From Nanobdellota archaeon (lineage in GTDB: Archaea; Nanobdellota; Nanobdellia; Parvarchaeales; Parvarchaeaceae), in assembly GCA_021807125.1 (NCBI GenBank), contig JAKAPK010000002.1:14120-78119 (forward strand): DNA of 64,000 bases. The letters run 5' to 3'. Position 1 is the first letter of the stretch. Every line of letters begins with the position of its first letter. Position numbers and translations under genes: made by a program. The notes under the pieces were generated by a model. It was not told where the DNA came from. It searched no databases and saw nothing but the letters and a program-made list of their open reading frames with translations. Shown in pieces: positions 18,714 to 28,432 of the stretch.

Positions 18714-19696
18714 GGATTGTCAAGCTCGACAGCAAGAAGGGCATATTAAAGGGCATAATAAAAGCGAACGACGATCTTATAATATTAAGTTATGTTATCG
18801 AAGAAGGAGACCGATTAGTCGCTTTTTCAAGAAGAAAAATAACGCTTGGAAAATCAAGCAAAATAAAAACCATAAAAATTGGCATAGAAGTAGAATCTAT
18901 TAAGCTTTCAGAAGATTCTATTGATATAGGCGGAAAAATATTTTATTCTTCAGAGGAAAGCGTGCCATTGCACAAATATCACACCGTAGACCTGCGCGTA
19001 AAAAAGGGTTTTGTCCTTTATAAGGACAGATTCCTAAACTTTCAACTTGAAATGCTTGATAAAGCAGTACAAAGGTCACCGAAAATATTCATATGCGTAT
19101 ATGAGGAAGGACACGCAATATTCTACGCGATAACCAACTATTCACTAAAAAAAACGTATGAACTTAACCTTTCCGTGCCGGGAAAAAGATTCGAAAATCG
19201 TGGACGTGAAGTTTTCTTCGAAAAGCTTTCACGCTTGCTCACTGAAGAGTATCAAAAAACGAAGTGGACTGCGTTTATAATTGGTGGAAAGGGACTGGAT
19301 AATGAGGCCTTAAAGGAGCGGTTAAAAGAGGTAAATGCAACCTATGACACTGTTTCATATGCAGACACCGGATTAAGGGAGTTGCTTGCAAAAAACGTAA
19401 TAAATAAGGTTGTAAGCAGCACAAAAATAGCGACGCAGCGAAAGTTTATAGAAGATTTTCTCGGACGTATTTCAAGAGGGGATAAAAGCTGTGTTTATGG
19501 AGAAAGAAATATAGAAGACGCTTTGATGAAGAGTGAAGTTGATTCTGCGATAGTAACAAGGGAATTCGCTGTAAGTCATAAAAGTATAATTGAAAGACTT
19601 GACAGGACTGGTGCGGACATTTACTTCTTTGATGAGAAAGATGACTCACTGGATACACTTGACGGGTTCGGCGGACTTATAATAAAATTAAAATAA
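18710..19696 (+). CDS. pelA: Pelota / Dom34-like mRNA surveillance factor (aRF1 paralogue)
   Basis: 328 aa. N-terminal Sm-like domain MRIV...LSYVIEEGDRLVAFSRRK, then central and C-terminal eRF1-like domains. Lacks a GGQ motif, so it is not aRF1. Confidence 0.7.
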   Translation: MRIVKLDSKKGILKGIIKANDDLIILSYVIEEGDRLVAFSRRKITLGKSSKIKTIKIGIEVESIKLSEDSIDIGGKIFYSSEESVPLHKYHTVDLRVKKGFVLYKDRFLNFQLEMLDKAVQRSPKIFICVYEEGHAIFYAITNYSLKKTYELNLSVPGKRFENRGREVFFEKLSRLLTEEYQKTKWTAFIIGGKGLDNEALKERLKEVNATYDTVSYADTGLRELLAKNVINKVVSSTKIATQRKFIEDFLGRISRGDKSCVYGERNIEDALMKSEVDSAIVTREFAVSHKSIIERLDRTGADIYFFDEKDDSLDTLDGFGGLIIKLK

Positions 19697-19706
19697 TAGC
19701 TGATAC

Positions 19707-21026
19707 TCAAGGCATAAGCCATCTTGGTGTCCTTGGAAAAGGAACTGCATACATTATATGCGGAAGTTTGCATATCCACATAACTAACCTGTCGACTCCG
19801 AGTCCGAAACCTGAATGAGGTATAGATCCGTATCGTCTTAAGTCTATGTACCACTCATAATCCTTTTCGTTCAAGCCTTCTTCCTTAAGTCTAGACAGCA
19901 AAGTTTCCTTATCATCTATCCTCTGACCTGCTCCTATTATTTCGCCATACCCCTCCGGTGCTAATAGATCATTGCAAAGAACATGTGACGGATCAGAAGG
20001 ATCTGGTTTGTGGTAGAAAGCCTTTAAAGATTTGGGATATCGCGTGGCAAACACTGGCACGTCCATCTTCGAAGTTATTACGCGCTCTTCATCCGCTCCT
20101 AAATCAGATGTGTACGTCAATTCAAGCCCGTTCTTTTTTGCTATGTCTATCACTTCCTCATACTTTAGTCTGGGAAAAGGTTTATCTATAGTGTTCTTCA
20201 ACGCAGATACGTCACGGTTCAGTCGTTTTAGGTCATCGTGGTTATTTTCAAGCACTCTTTTTACTATGTGTTTTATTAGTTTCTCCTCTACGTCCATCAA
20301 TTCATCATTGTCGGTGAACGCCATTTCGGCCTCCGCATGCCAGAATTCTGTTAGGTGCCTTCGGGTCTTACTTTTTTCTGCACGAAACGACGGTGCAACC
20401 GTGTATATTCTGAACAGAGAGTTCACTTCTGCTTCTGCATAAAGCTGCCAGCTCTGCGAAAGAAATGCCTTCTTGCCAAAATAGTCCAGTTCAAAAAGAG
20501 TCGATCCTCCCTCAACGCTGCTTCCGACAAAAATAGGGGACTGTATCTCGTAGAAGTGTTCTTTTACGAAAAACTCATGAATGCTCTCGAAGATTGTAGA
20601 TCTTATTTTTAATACAGAGGTCACTTTCTGACCTCTCATCCATAAATGTCTGTTTCTGAATAGATAGACTTTGGACTGCCCTTTCTTTATCGGAAATGGT
20701 TCAGCGAGACCGTATATTTTTATGGACTCTATCTTCAATTCATACCCCCCATCGGCTCTATCATCTTTATTTATTGTTCCGGAAACTTCCAATGAGGATT
20801 CTCTTGTAACCATACTTGCAGTGCTGAATGATTGGTCACCTGCGTGAGAAACGCATTGTATGACTCCTGTTGGATCTCTTAACATTATGAAAACGTTATT
20901 CTTTCCCTTTCTAATATTGTGCACAAAACCTACCAAATTAACTTTGGTTCCTGCAGACTGGTCGCTTTTAACAGTTTTAACGGTGTACTTTTCCAAAGCC
21001 ATAAAATAATATGACTCAACAGACAT
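19707..21026 (-). CDS. asnS: Class IIb aminoacyl-tRNA synthetase, most likely asparagine--tRNA ligase (Asp/Asn-RS family)
   Basis: 439 aa. N-terminal OB anticodon-binding domain. Motif 2 FRAEKSKTRRHLTEFWHAEAEMAF resembles AsnRS (RHLAEFWM) more than AspRS. Motif 3 GFGLGVDRLVM. First Met may be upstream of the true start (MALEKYTV). Confidence 0.6.
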   Translation of the reverse strand: MSVESYYFMALEKYTVKTVKSDQSAGTKVNLVGFVHNIRKGKNNVFIMLRDPTGVIQCVSHAGDQSFSTASMVTRESSLEVSGTINKDDRADGGYELKIESIKIYGLAEPFPIKKGQSKVYLFRNRHLWMRGQKVTSVLKIRSTIFESIHEFFVKEHFYEIQSPIFVGSSVEGGSTLFELDYFGKKAFLSQSWQLYAEAEVNSLFRIYTVAPSFRAEKSKTRRHLTEFWHAEAEMAFTDNDELMDVEEKLIKHIVKRVLENNHDDLKRLNRDVSALKNTIDKPFPRLKYEEVIDIAKKNGLELTYTSDLGADEERVITSKMDVPVFATRYPKSLKAFYHKPDPSDPSHVLCNDLLAPEGYGEIIGAGQRIDDKETLLSRLKEEGLNEKDYEWYIDLRRYGSIPHSGFGLGVDRLVMWICKLPHIMYAVPFPRTPRWLMP

Positions 21027-21062
21027 AAAAACTTATATTGTGACAAGCGCTCTAGTTCTTTT

Positions 21063-21527
21063 ATGAAAATAGGTACTTTGTGCTACATAAAAAGAAATGG
21101 TAAATCACTAATGATGCATAGGATAAAAAAGCCGGACGACATGCTTGAGGGAAAATGGGTTGGTCTGGGTGGCAAAATGGAAAACGGTGAAAGTCCGGAA
21201 GAGTGCATTATACGGGAGGTCTACGAAGAGAGTGGCCTTAGCATAGAAAACCCCGAACTAAAAGGGATTATAACATTCCCCAAGGACTTCAATACGGAGG
21301 ACTGGTACGTGTTCGTTTTCAGATGCGAAAAATTCTCTGGAAAACTAAAAAATGAATCGCACGAAGGTGTACTGGAATGGATCAGTGACAATGAGTTAGA
21401 ACACAAGGAAATGTTTGAAGGGGATAGGATCTTTCAAAAACTCATAGACAAGAAAGGTCTTTTTTCCGCTAAGTTCGAATATGATCATGGTAAGCTAATC
21501 CGTCACGATATAAAGATTTACGGTTAA
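21063..21527 (+). CDS. NUDIX hydrolase
   Basis: 154 aa. Perfect Nudix box G-x5-E-x7-REVYEESGL (GKMENGESPEECIIREVYEESGL). Confidence 0.85.
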   Translation: MKIGTLCYIKRNGKSLMMHRIKKPDDMLEGKWVGLGGKMENGESPEECIIREVYEESGLSIENPELKGIITFPKDFNTEDWYVFVFRCEKFSGKLKNESHEGVLEWISDNELEHKEMFEGDRIFQKLIDKKGLFSAKFEYDHGKLIRHDIKIYG

Positions 21528-21528
21528 T

Positions 21529-22065
21529 TCACGGCTTCGTCTGGGTGCTGAACTTTCCCTTGTATCTGCCTTTTCCTTTCAATTCTTCAAGAACTATCTG
21601 GCATATTCTTGTACCAGGATGCAACGCCAGCGGTGTTGGAGAAAGATTTGCTATCTCCAAAACTATCTTGTTAGAAACTCCGGGCTGCAGAAAACTGCTG
21701 CTTATGTGGGTAAGGAGGCCTATCCTTGCAAATCTTGATCTTCCCTCGACTCTACCGCATATATCATCCGGAAGACTTATCTTCTCGAGGGTTATCCCGT
21801 TCACCAGTTCCCCGGGCATGACTAGCAGAGAGTCTCCTTCCTTCACGTGTATCATGCGCGTTATATTGCTGTAATCCGAACTGTCTGTAACCTGGAATAT
21901 ATCCCTAGTTTTATTAAAGACTCTAAAAAGGTCGCCGAGTCGTAAGTCTACGGATGCTGGGCCTACTTGGGACTCTGTAAATGGAGTTATTCCCAATTTA
22001 CCTTCATTAATAAGACGCTTTATTTCATCACCGCTTAAAACTGACATAATCCTCCTCTTATCCAC
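21529..22065 (-). CDS. dcd: dCTP deaminase (dUTPase-fold)
   Basis: 178 aa. N-terminus MSVLSGDEIKRLI...ITPF...VGPASVDLRLG is the Dcd signature. Confidence 0.85.
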   Translation of the reverse strand: MDKRRIMSVLSGDEIKRLINEGKLGITPFTESQVGPASVDLRLGDLFRVFNKTRDIFQVTDSSDYSNITRMIHVKEGDSLLVMPGELVNGITLEKISLPDDICGRVEGRSRFARIGLLTHISSSFLQPGVSNKIVLEIANLSPTPLALHPGTRICQIVLEELKGKGRYKGKFSTQTKP

Positions 22066-22098
22066 AAAGATGTTATTTGCATAACTTCCCCATGGTAT

Positions 22099-23316
22099 TC
22101 ATAGTTCTTCTATTTTTATTTTCTTTTCCTCCTTCTTAAGCAGGTCCCGCAGCGTTACATCTCCCAATTTAAGATCGCGGTTGCCGACTATTATTGCGTA
22201 TCTTATCTTTTTTGAATTGCAATAGTCCAGGCCCTTTGAAAGGGAATAGTCTCCTAGCAAGATGTCTGATTTAACGTTTTTAGAACGCAGTCTTTGTACA
22301 ATCTTCAGCGCCATCTCGGGATTGTCCACGTTCAGAACACAGTACTGTTCGGTAAATTCATCGTTTTTTGAATTTGACAGTATTATGTCCATAACGCGTT
22401 CAAAACCTATTGAGCAACCGACCATAGGCATTTCGACTTCGAAATTATTGCTTAATCTGTCATATCTTCCGCCGGATGCTATTGTCCCGTAATTAACGCC
22501 GTCCATTATAAATTCGAATATATTGCCGTCATAATACGCAAGTCCGCGCACGAGTGCGTTATCCACCACTGCGTTGTCTATTCCATACTCTTTAAGGTAG
22601 CGCATAAGCTCATCTGTCTCCGATTTACCTTTACCGCCAACTTTATTTGATCCGTCAATGAATTTCTCTATCCCTTCTGCTTTATCTTTCCCGATTAGAG
22701 CAGATATATTCACTAACACCTTCTCTTTACCGACTTTGTCTATTTTATCGAGCTCTCTTAAAACCTGTAAACCAGTATCAAAGGGAACTTCTAAGGAATC
22801 AAGCATATCTTGGAGTATTTTCCTGTTATTTACGTGAATTTTATAGCCTATTATTCCTAAACGTTTTAGCGTAAAGTCGATACATGCTAGTACTTCTGCG
22901 TCATAAGCCACTTCTGAAGAGCCGTAAACGTCTATATCTGCTTGTATGAATTCTCTGTAGCGGCCCTTTGCAGTGTCTTCATACCTCCACACATTTCCTA
23001 TAGAGTAACCTTTGAACGGTTTTGGCAGAGACTTGTTGGTTGAAATGACTCTAAGCTTCGAAATTGTGTGCTCTGGTCTTAGCGCGAGCTTTTCGCCTTT
23101 TTTATCAGAAAAAGAATAAAGCTGTGATTCTATCTCCTGTCCGGATTTACCGGTGAAAAGCGAAAGATACTCAAGGACCGGCGTCTCTACCGGTTCAAAA
23201 CCAAAGATTGAAAATGATTCTTTTATCTTGTCCAATGTCGCTTGTCTTGCGACGGCTTCTTTTCCAAGAAAATCTCTTACTCCTTTTACCCTTTCCGCCA
23301 TTTTGATGTTTATCAT
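22099..23316 (-). CDS. hisS: Histidine--tRNA ligase
   Basis: 405 aa. Class IIa motifs, an HisRS-like N-terminus (VKGVRDFL), FRYE(x)T motif 2 region, and C-terminal anticodon-binding domain. Confidence 0.85.
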   Translation of the reverse strand: MINIKMAERVKGVRDFLGKEAVARQATLDKIKESFSIFGFEPVETPVLEYLSLFTGKSGQEIESQLYSFSDKKGEKLALRPEHTISKLRVISTNKSLPKPFKGYSIGNVWRYEDTAKGRYREFIQADIDVYGSSEVAYDAEVLACIDFTLKRLGIIGYKIHVNNRKILQDMLDSLEVPFDTGLQVLRELDKIDKVGKEKVLVNISALIGKDKAEGIEKFIDGSNKVGGKGKSETDELMRYLKEYGIDNAVVDNALVRGLAYYDGNIFEFIMDGVNYGTIASGGRYDRLSNNFEVEMPMVGCSIGFERVMDIILSNSKNDEFTEQYCVLNVDNPEMALKIVQRLRSKNVKSDILLGDYSLSKGLDYCNSKKIRYAIIVGNRDLKLGDVTLRDLLKKEEKKIKIEEL

Positions 23317-23552
23317 TTTTTGCTTATAAATTTGAGCTGTTGTGTGCTTATATGAAAAACGAACTGGGCTGGAGAGAAGCTAAAAGAAGAGTTCAGTGAC
23401 GTCAACTTTGATCACGAAATCTGCTATAACCGGGAAGATAATCAAACAAGAATTTTCGAGAAGCGGGTCGGTCCGTCTGACGAGCTGCCGGTTATAATAT
23501 TCAAATGCCATAAATGCAGTTACTCTTTGACAGTAAGCTGAATTTTAGCTGA

Positions 23553-24581
23553 TTATTTGCTCTTTATATTCTTAGCTATCTCTAGTCCTACCTGTGAACA
23601 TCTTGCCGTGCCACCAAGATCATAAGTAAGTATCTTGCCTTCCTTTAGGACGTTTTCTACAGCTCTTTGAACGCTGTACGCAACGTCTTTGTACCCCATC
23701 CAGTCAAACATCATTTTTGTGGAGAGTATTGTGCCTATCGGGTTGACTTTATCCATGCCCGTATATTTTGGAGCTGAACCGTGTATAGGTTCAAACATAG
23801 CATATTTTTCTCCTATGTTTGCTGAAGGGCCAACACCAACACCTCCAACTACCATAGCTGCCTCGTCAGATATTATATCCCCAAAAAGATTTTCCGTCAC
23901 GATTACGTCATAGTATTCCGGCTGTTTTATCAGCCATTGTGTCATTGCGTCTACATGTGCATCGTCAACGTTTACGTCCGGATATTCTTTTGCCATCTTT
24001 GCGACTACATCCTTGAAAAGACCGTCGGAAGCCTTTAGTATGTTACCTTTGTGTACGTGAGTAAGATGTTTTTTCCTTTTCACTGCAAGTTCAAATGCTG
24101 CCCTAGTTATTCGTTCACATGCTTTTCTTGTTATAAGGCGTATGCCTATCGCTGAATCGTTATTTATTTGAAAGTCTAATCCAGAATACATTCCCTCAGT
24201 ATTTTCGCGTGCGATAACGAGATCTACATCGGGTTTAAGACTTGGCACATTTGGAAGAGTTTTACATGGCCTTATATTCGCGTAAAGATCGAAGGTCTTC
24301 CTTATTTTTACTGCGACGCTCATTTCTGAACCAGGCCCCTCTGGCGTGGTCATCGGCCCTTTTATAACCGCGTCGCTGTTTTTTAGCAGATCCAACGTTT
24401 TGTCCGGCAGGTTAGTTTTATATTTTTCTATACAGTTAAATCCGGCGTCTCCTGTAACAAACTCGACATTAAGTTTAAATTTTTCTTTAACTGCATCTAA
24501 TACGTACATTGTTGCATGCATAATATCCGGTCCGGTTCCATCACCGGGAAGAAATGCAATTTTCCAATTTTTTACAGCCAT
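23553..24581 (-). CDS. icd: Isocitrate / isopropylmalate dehydrogenase-family enzyme, probably the isocitrate dehydrogenase partner of the adjacent aconitase
   Basis: 342 aa. Beta-decarboxylating dehydrogenase fold (GDGTGPDI N-terminus, NLFGDIISDEAA metal/substrate motif). Its start overlaps the aconitase stop (24581/24585), arguing for a TCA role, though 342 aa is the size of LeuB-like enzymes. Confidence 0.6.
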   Translation of the reverse strand: MAVKNWKIAFLPGDGTGPDIMHATMYVLDAVKEKFKLNVEFVTGDAGFNCIEKYKTNLPDKTLDLLKNSDAVIKGPMTTPEGPGSEMSVAVKIRKTFDLYANIRPCKTLPNVPSLKPDVDLVIARENTEGMYSGLDFQINNDSAIGIRLITRKACERITRAAFELAVKRKKHLTHVHKGNILKASDGLFKDVVAKMAKEYPDVNVDDAHVDAMTQWLIKQPEYYDVIVTENLFGDIISDEAAMVVGGVGVGPSANIGEKYAMFEPIHGSAPKYTGMDKVNPIGTILSTKMMFDWMGYKDVAYSVQRAVENVLKEGKILTYDLGGTARCSQVGLEIAKNIKSK

Positions 24582-24584
24582 ATT

Positions 24585-27395
24585 TCATGCACCTATTGAC
24601 TTTATAACATAGTTTAGTATTCCGCCAGATTTATAATATTCAAGTTCCATCTCTGAGTCTATCCTGCTTAGTAGCATGACTTCTGATTTGTTTCCATTAT
24701 CAGATCTAAAATAAGTCATTTTAACGTCCTGTCTTGGCTTTAGAGCGGAAATTGGTTCTATCGATATCGGTTTAGAAACATCAATTTTTAACGTTTCAAA
24801 ACCATCTTCATTTTTAAACTGCAAAGGAAATATACCCATACCTATTAGGTTGCTTCTATGTATTCTTTCAAAGCTTTTGGCTACGACAGCTTTCACTCCT
24901 AAAAGGGCAGGACCTTTTGCTGCCCAATCACGCGAACTTCCGGAGCCATATTCCCTCCCGGCGATTATGATAAGACTTGTGCCTGATTGCTTATATTTCA
25001 TTGCGGCGTCGTATATTGTCATTTTCTCTTTTTGTGGGAAATAGAGTGTGTAGCCCCCCTCTGTTCCTGGAATAATAAAATTTTTAATCCTGTTATTTGC
25101 AAATGTGCCCCTCATCATCACTTCGTGGTTCCCTCTTCTGGAACCGTATGTATTAAAATCCTGTGGTTTTACTCCGTGTTCAATTAAGTATTTACCGGCT
25201 GGACTATCCTCGCCTATTTCACCTGCTGGCGAGATATGGTCTGTAGATATAGAATCACCGAATATTGCAAGAACTGCAGCATTGCTTATGTTAACATCTT
25301 TATCTGCGAGTTCCTTGAAATCATTAAAGAACGGGGGAAGTTTTATGTATGTGCTTTTATTGTTCCATGCATAAGCTTCTCTTTTTGCACTCTCAATAGA
25401 GTTCCAGTATTTATTTACCTTGAAGATATTTTCCCCATATTCTTTATCAAACATGCTTTCAGATAGTACTTTGTTTATGGTAACTTTTACCTCTTCCTGT
25501 GAAGGCCATATGTCTTTTAAGTAAACTTCTTTTCCTTTGTCACTTACGCCAATAGGTTCCTTTGTAATATCTTTAAGAACAGTGCCTGCTATTCCGAATG
25601 CCACCACTAATGGTGGAGACATCAAGTAATTAGCACGTATGTCTCGATGTATCCTTGCTTCGTAATTTCTATTCCCAGATAGCACGCTAGCCACAGACAA
25701 ATTATTTGAATTTATAGCAGCGCTTTGCAGATCTATTAATGGTCCAGAATTGCCTATACATGTTATACACCCAAATGCAGCTAGAGAATAGCCAAGTTTA
25801 GCAAGCGGCTCTAGTAATCCTGCCTTTTCGAGATACTTTATAACAACCCTGGAGCCAGGCCCGAGACTCGTTTTAACTTTTCTAGTATCTATCTTTAGAC
25901 CAGCGTCCAACGCTTTTTTAGCCAAAAGTCCAGCGGCTATCATGACGCTTGGATTGCTTGTGTTTGTACAACTAGTTATCGATGATATAACTACGTCTCC
26001 GTCAGATAATGTGACCTCATACCCGTCAGGGTATTTTATTTTTACACTCTTTTTATCGATATGAGTTGGGGCATCTTTTATTCCACCGTTCTCAGGCGTC
26101 ATACTTTCGGAAGACCAGCGAGTATAATCCTTATCAGTCAGTTTATGACCACCATTATTTGGTTTCTCAGGTAACATGAACGCAGAATTAAAACTTTCTT
26201 GTATTAAGTCAAGTGGCACTTCCTGTTTTGGTTGACTCGGTCCGGAAACACATGGAGCTATCGAGCCGAGATCTACTTCGATTATGTCGGAGAAGTTTAC
26301 TTTAGAATAATCGATATTCAGCATTTCCTGTGCTTTGTAATATTCACGTACCAACTCGATTTGCTCGTCTTTTCTGCCAGTCATTCTTAAGTACTCAAAA
26401 GTTTGCTCATCCACAGGGAAAATCGCTATTGTTGCGCCATATTCAGGACACATATTTGATAGTGTTGCTCTATCTGGTAATGAAAGACTAGTTAGCCCAT
26501 CGCCAAAAAACTCTACGAACATGTTAACAACGCCTTTTTCTCTGAGAAGCCTTGTCAAAGTAAGTGCAAAATCTGTCGCTGTAACTCCGTCGTTTAATTT
26601 GCCTTTTAAGTTAACGCCCAGCACTTTAGGAGTAACAAAGGATACTGGCTGCCCTAATAACGCTGCTTCAGCTTCTATCCCCCCAACTCCAAAGCCAACT
26701 ATCCCAAGTGAGTCCACCATGGTCGTATGCGAGTCTGTTCCGACTAGAGTGTCTGGAAATGCGAGGTAGCCACTTTCGTCTTTCTTCACGGTCACACACG
26801 TCGCGAGAAATTCTAGGTTTACTTGGTGACATATGCCTGCAGAGGGAGGGAATACTCTAAATTCATTCAATGAAATACTCGCCCATTTTAGAAGTTCGTA
26901 TCTTTCTTTGTTCCTTTCGATTTCCCTTTTCTGATTTAATTCAAGTGCTTTTGGATTATTGAAGAAATCTACCTGCACGGAATGGTCTATAATGAGGTCA
27001 ACTGGTATTTCTGGCTGTATCATACTGCCGGATTTACCGGTTTTAGTTATGAAATCGCGCATAGCTGCAAGATCTACAACAGCTGGAACTCCTGTGAAAT
27101 CTTGCATCAAAACACGTGACACTTTAAAGGGGATATCTCTGTCTAGGGGGGTCTTATAATTCCAGTCCGCAAGGCTTAACACGTCTTCTTTCTTTATCAT
27201 TTTTTCATCAACGTTTCTAAGTAATGATTCTAGAACTATCCTTATAGAGAAAGGAAGATTTGAAACGTCCGCTAATCCTCTATCCTTAAGCAGAGGAAGT
27301 GAATAATAAGCAATAGTTTTACCAGACTTGAGTTTAAGATAGCTCAATGTGCTAAATTTATCCTGTAAGGAATTGTTCGCCTGTTTCTTTTTCAT
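24585..27395 (-). CDS. acnA: Aconitate hydratase (AcnA/IRP-type, about 900 aa)
   Basis: 936 aa. Fe-S cluster Cys ligands (GCITCIGNSGP) and an SR-dependent swivel-domain motif (GSSRDWAAKGP). Confidence 0.9.
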   Translation of the reverse strand: MKKKQANNSLQDKFSTLSYLKLKSGKTIAYYSLPLLKDRGLADVSNLPFSIRIVLESLLRNVDEKMIKKEDVLSLADWNYKTPLDRDIPFKVSRVLMQDFTGVPAVVDLAAMRDFITKTGKSGSMIQPEIPVDLIIDHSVQVDFFNNPKALELNQKREIERNKERYELLKWASISLNEFRVFPPSAGICHQVNLEFLATCVTVKKDESGYLAFPDTLVGTDSHTTMVDSLGIVGFGVGGIEAEAALLGQPVSFVTPKVLGVNLKGKLNDGVTATDFALTLTRLLREKGVVNMFVEFFGDGLTSLSLPDRATLSNMCPEYGATIAIFPVDEQTFEYLRMTGRKDEQIELVREYYKAQEMLNIDYSKVNFSDIIEVDLGSIAPCVSGPSQPKQEVPLDLIQESFNSAFMLPEKPNNGGHKLTDKDYTRWSSESMTPENGGIKDAPTHIDKKSVKIKYPDGYEVTLSDGDVVISSITSCTNTSNPSVMIAAGLLAKKALDAGLKIDTRKVKTSLGPGSRVVIKYLEKAGLLEPLAKLGYSLAAFGCITCIGNSGPLIDLQSAAINSNNLSVASVLSGNRNYEARIHRDIRANYLMSPPLVVAFGIAGTVLKDITKEPIGVSDKGKEVYLKDIWPSQEEVKVTINKVLSESMFDKEYGENIFKVNKYWNSIESAKREAYAWNNKSTYIKLPPFFNDFKELADKDVNISNAAVLAIFGDSISTDHISPAGEIGEDSPAGKYLIEHGVKPQDFNTYGSRRGNHEVMMRGTFANNRIKNFIIPGTEGGYTLYFPQKEKMTIYDAAMKYKQSGTSLIIIAGREYGSGSSRDWAAKGPALLGVKAVVAKSFERIHRSNLIGMGIFPLQFKNEDGFETLKIDVSKPISIEPISALKPRQDVKMTYFRSDNGNKSEVMLLSRIDSEMELEYYKSGGILNYVIKSIGA

Positions 27396-27508
27396 AGTCG
27401 TTAAATAAACGAGTCAATACACAGATTTAAATTTTAAATTTAGATAAAAAACATGAACGAAGCATATTTTAATTTATATCTCGCGTATTAAAACTTAGGA
27501 GTGATTTA

Positions 27509-28432
27509 CTAAACAGAAAGGCTCTCTATAACCTTAGATAAATCTATAGTTGAAGAGCCGTCATCTGCTGCTATCTTTTGAGTTATCGGCGGATTTATGC
27601 CTCGCTTAATAAGTCTGTCTTCAAATGTGTCCGGGTTTTCCCATTGGAAAAACAAACCTGTCGTTAGATTATCCTCATCATCGTTTGCGATGACAGATAA
27701 AGCACTTAATTTCTTTTGCCTAACTTCGTTGGCATCTGATGCATTATGGACTACCCCATCATAACCGTCTGGAAGTTTCTTTGTGTGCTTCATTAACCAC
27801 TGGCCGGATGTGTATTCTGGATTATATGTTGGACAACCCTGCAATACGTCTATAAGAGCAAGACCGTTATGTTTGATGGCTTTTATCATTAAATCAGTCT
27901 GTTCTTTGACGTTGTAGCTGCTCACTCTCGCAACAAAGGTGTATCCAGCTATCAATGCCAATGACATAGGGTCCAAAGCAGAATTTATGTTTGGTTCTGG
28001 TAGTGATTTAATTTTTCTGCCTTCTGGCAAAGTCGGACTGGCCTGTCCTTTTGTAAGCGAATAAACGCCGTTATCGTGAACGAATAATTTTATATTTACA
28101 TTTCTCCTGCCAGCGCTTATAAAATGTCCTACGCCTATACCGTATGTGTCACCGTCGCCACTGTGAATTATCACGTTCAATTCTGGATTGGCTAATTTTA
28201 TACCTTCAGCGAAAGGTATCGCTCTACCGTGAAGCGTATGCACGCCATTTACATTGACAAAGTGGGGCAACTTTGAGGAGCATCCTATTCCTGAAACTAT
28301 CACTGTCTTATGCTGGTCTAGCCCGGCGCCGATTATCGCATTTTTAACAGATAACAATATACTAGTATCTAGGCATCCAGGACACCAGTCATTCTGTTCA
28401 TGTGAATCCAAATCACTAAGGTTAATAGTCAT
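27509..28432 (-). CDS. korB: 2-oxoacid:ferredoxin oxidoreductase beta subunit (TPP-binding)
   Basis: 307 aa. CPGCLDT N-terminal Cys motif and GDGD...N TPP-binding motif; overlaps the alpha subunit gene by 11 nt. Confidence 0.85.
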   Translation of the reverse strand: MTINLSDLDSHEQNDWCPGCLDTSILLSVKNAIIGAGLDQHKTVIVSGIGCSSKLPHFVNVNGVHTLHGRAIPFAEGIKLANPELNVIIHSGDGDTYGIGVGHFISAGRRNVNIKLFVHDNGVYSLTKGQASPTLPEGRKIKSLPEPNINSALDPMSLALIAGYTFVARVSSYNVKEQTDLMIKAIKHNGLALIDVLQGCPTYNPEYTSGQWLMKHTKKLPDGYDGVVHNASDANEVRQKKLSALSVIANDDEDNLTTGLFFQWENPDTFEDRLIKRGINPPITQKIAADDGSSTIDLSKVIESLSV

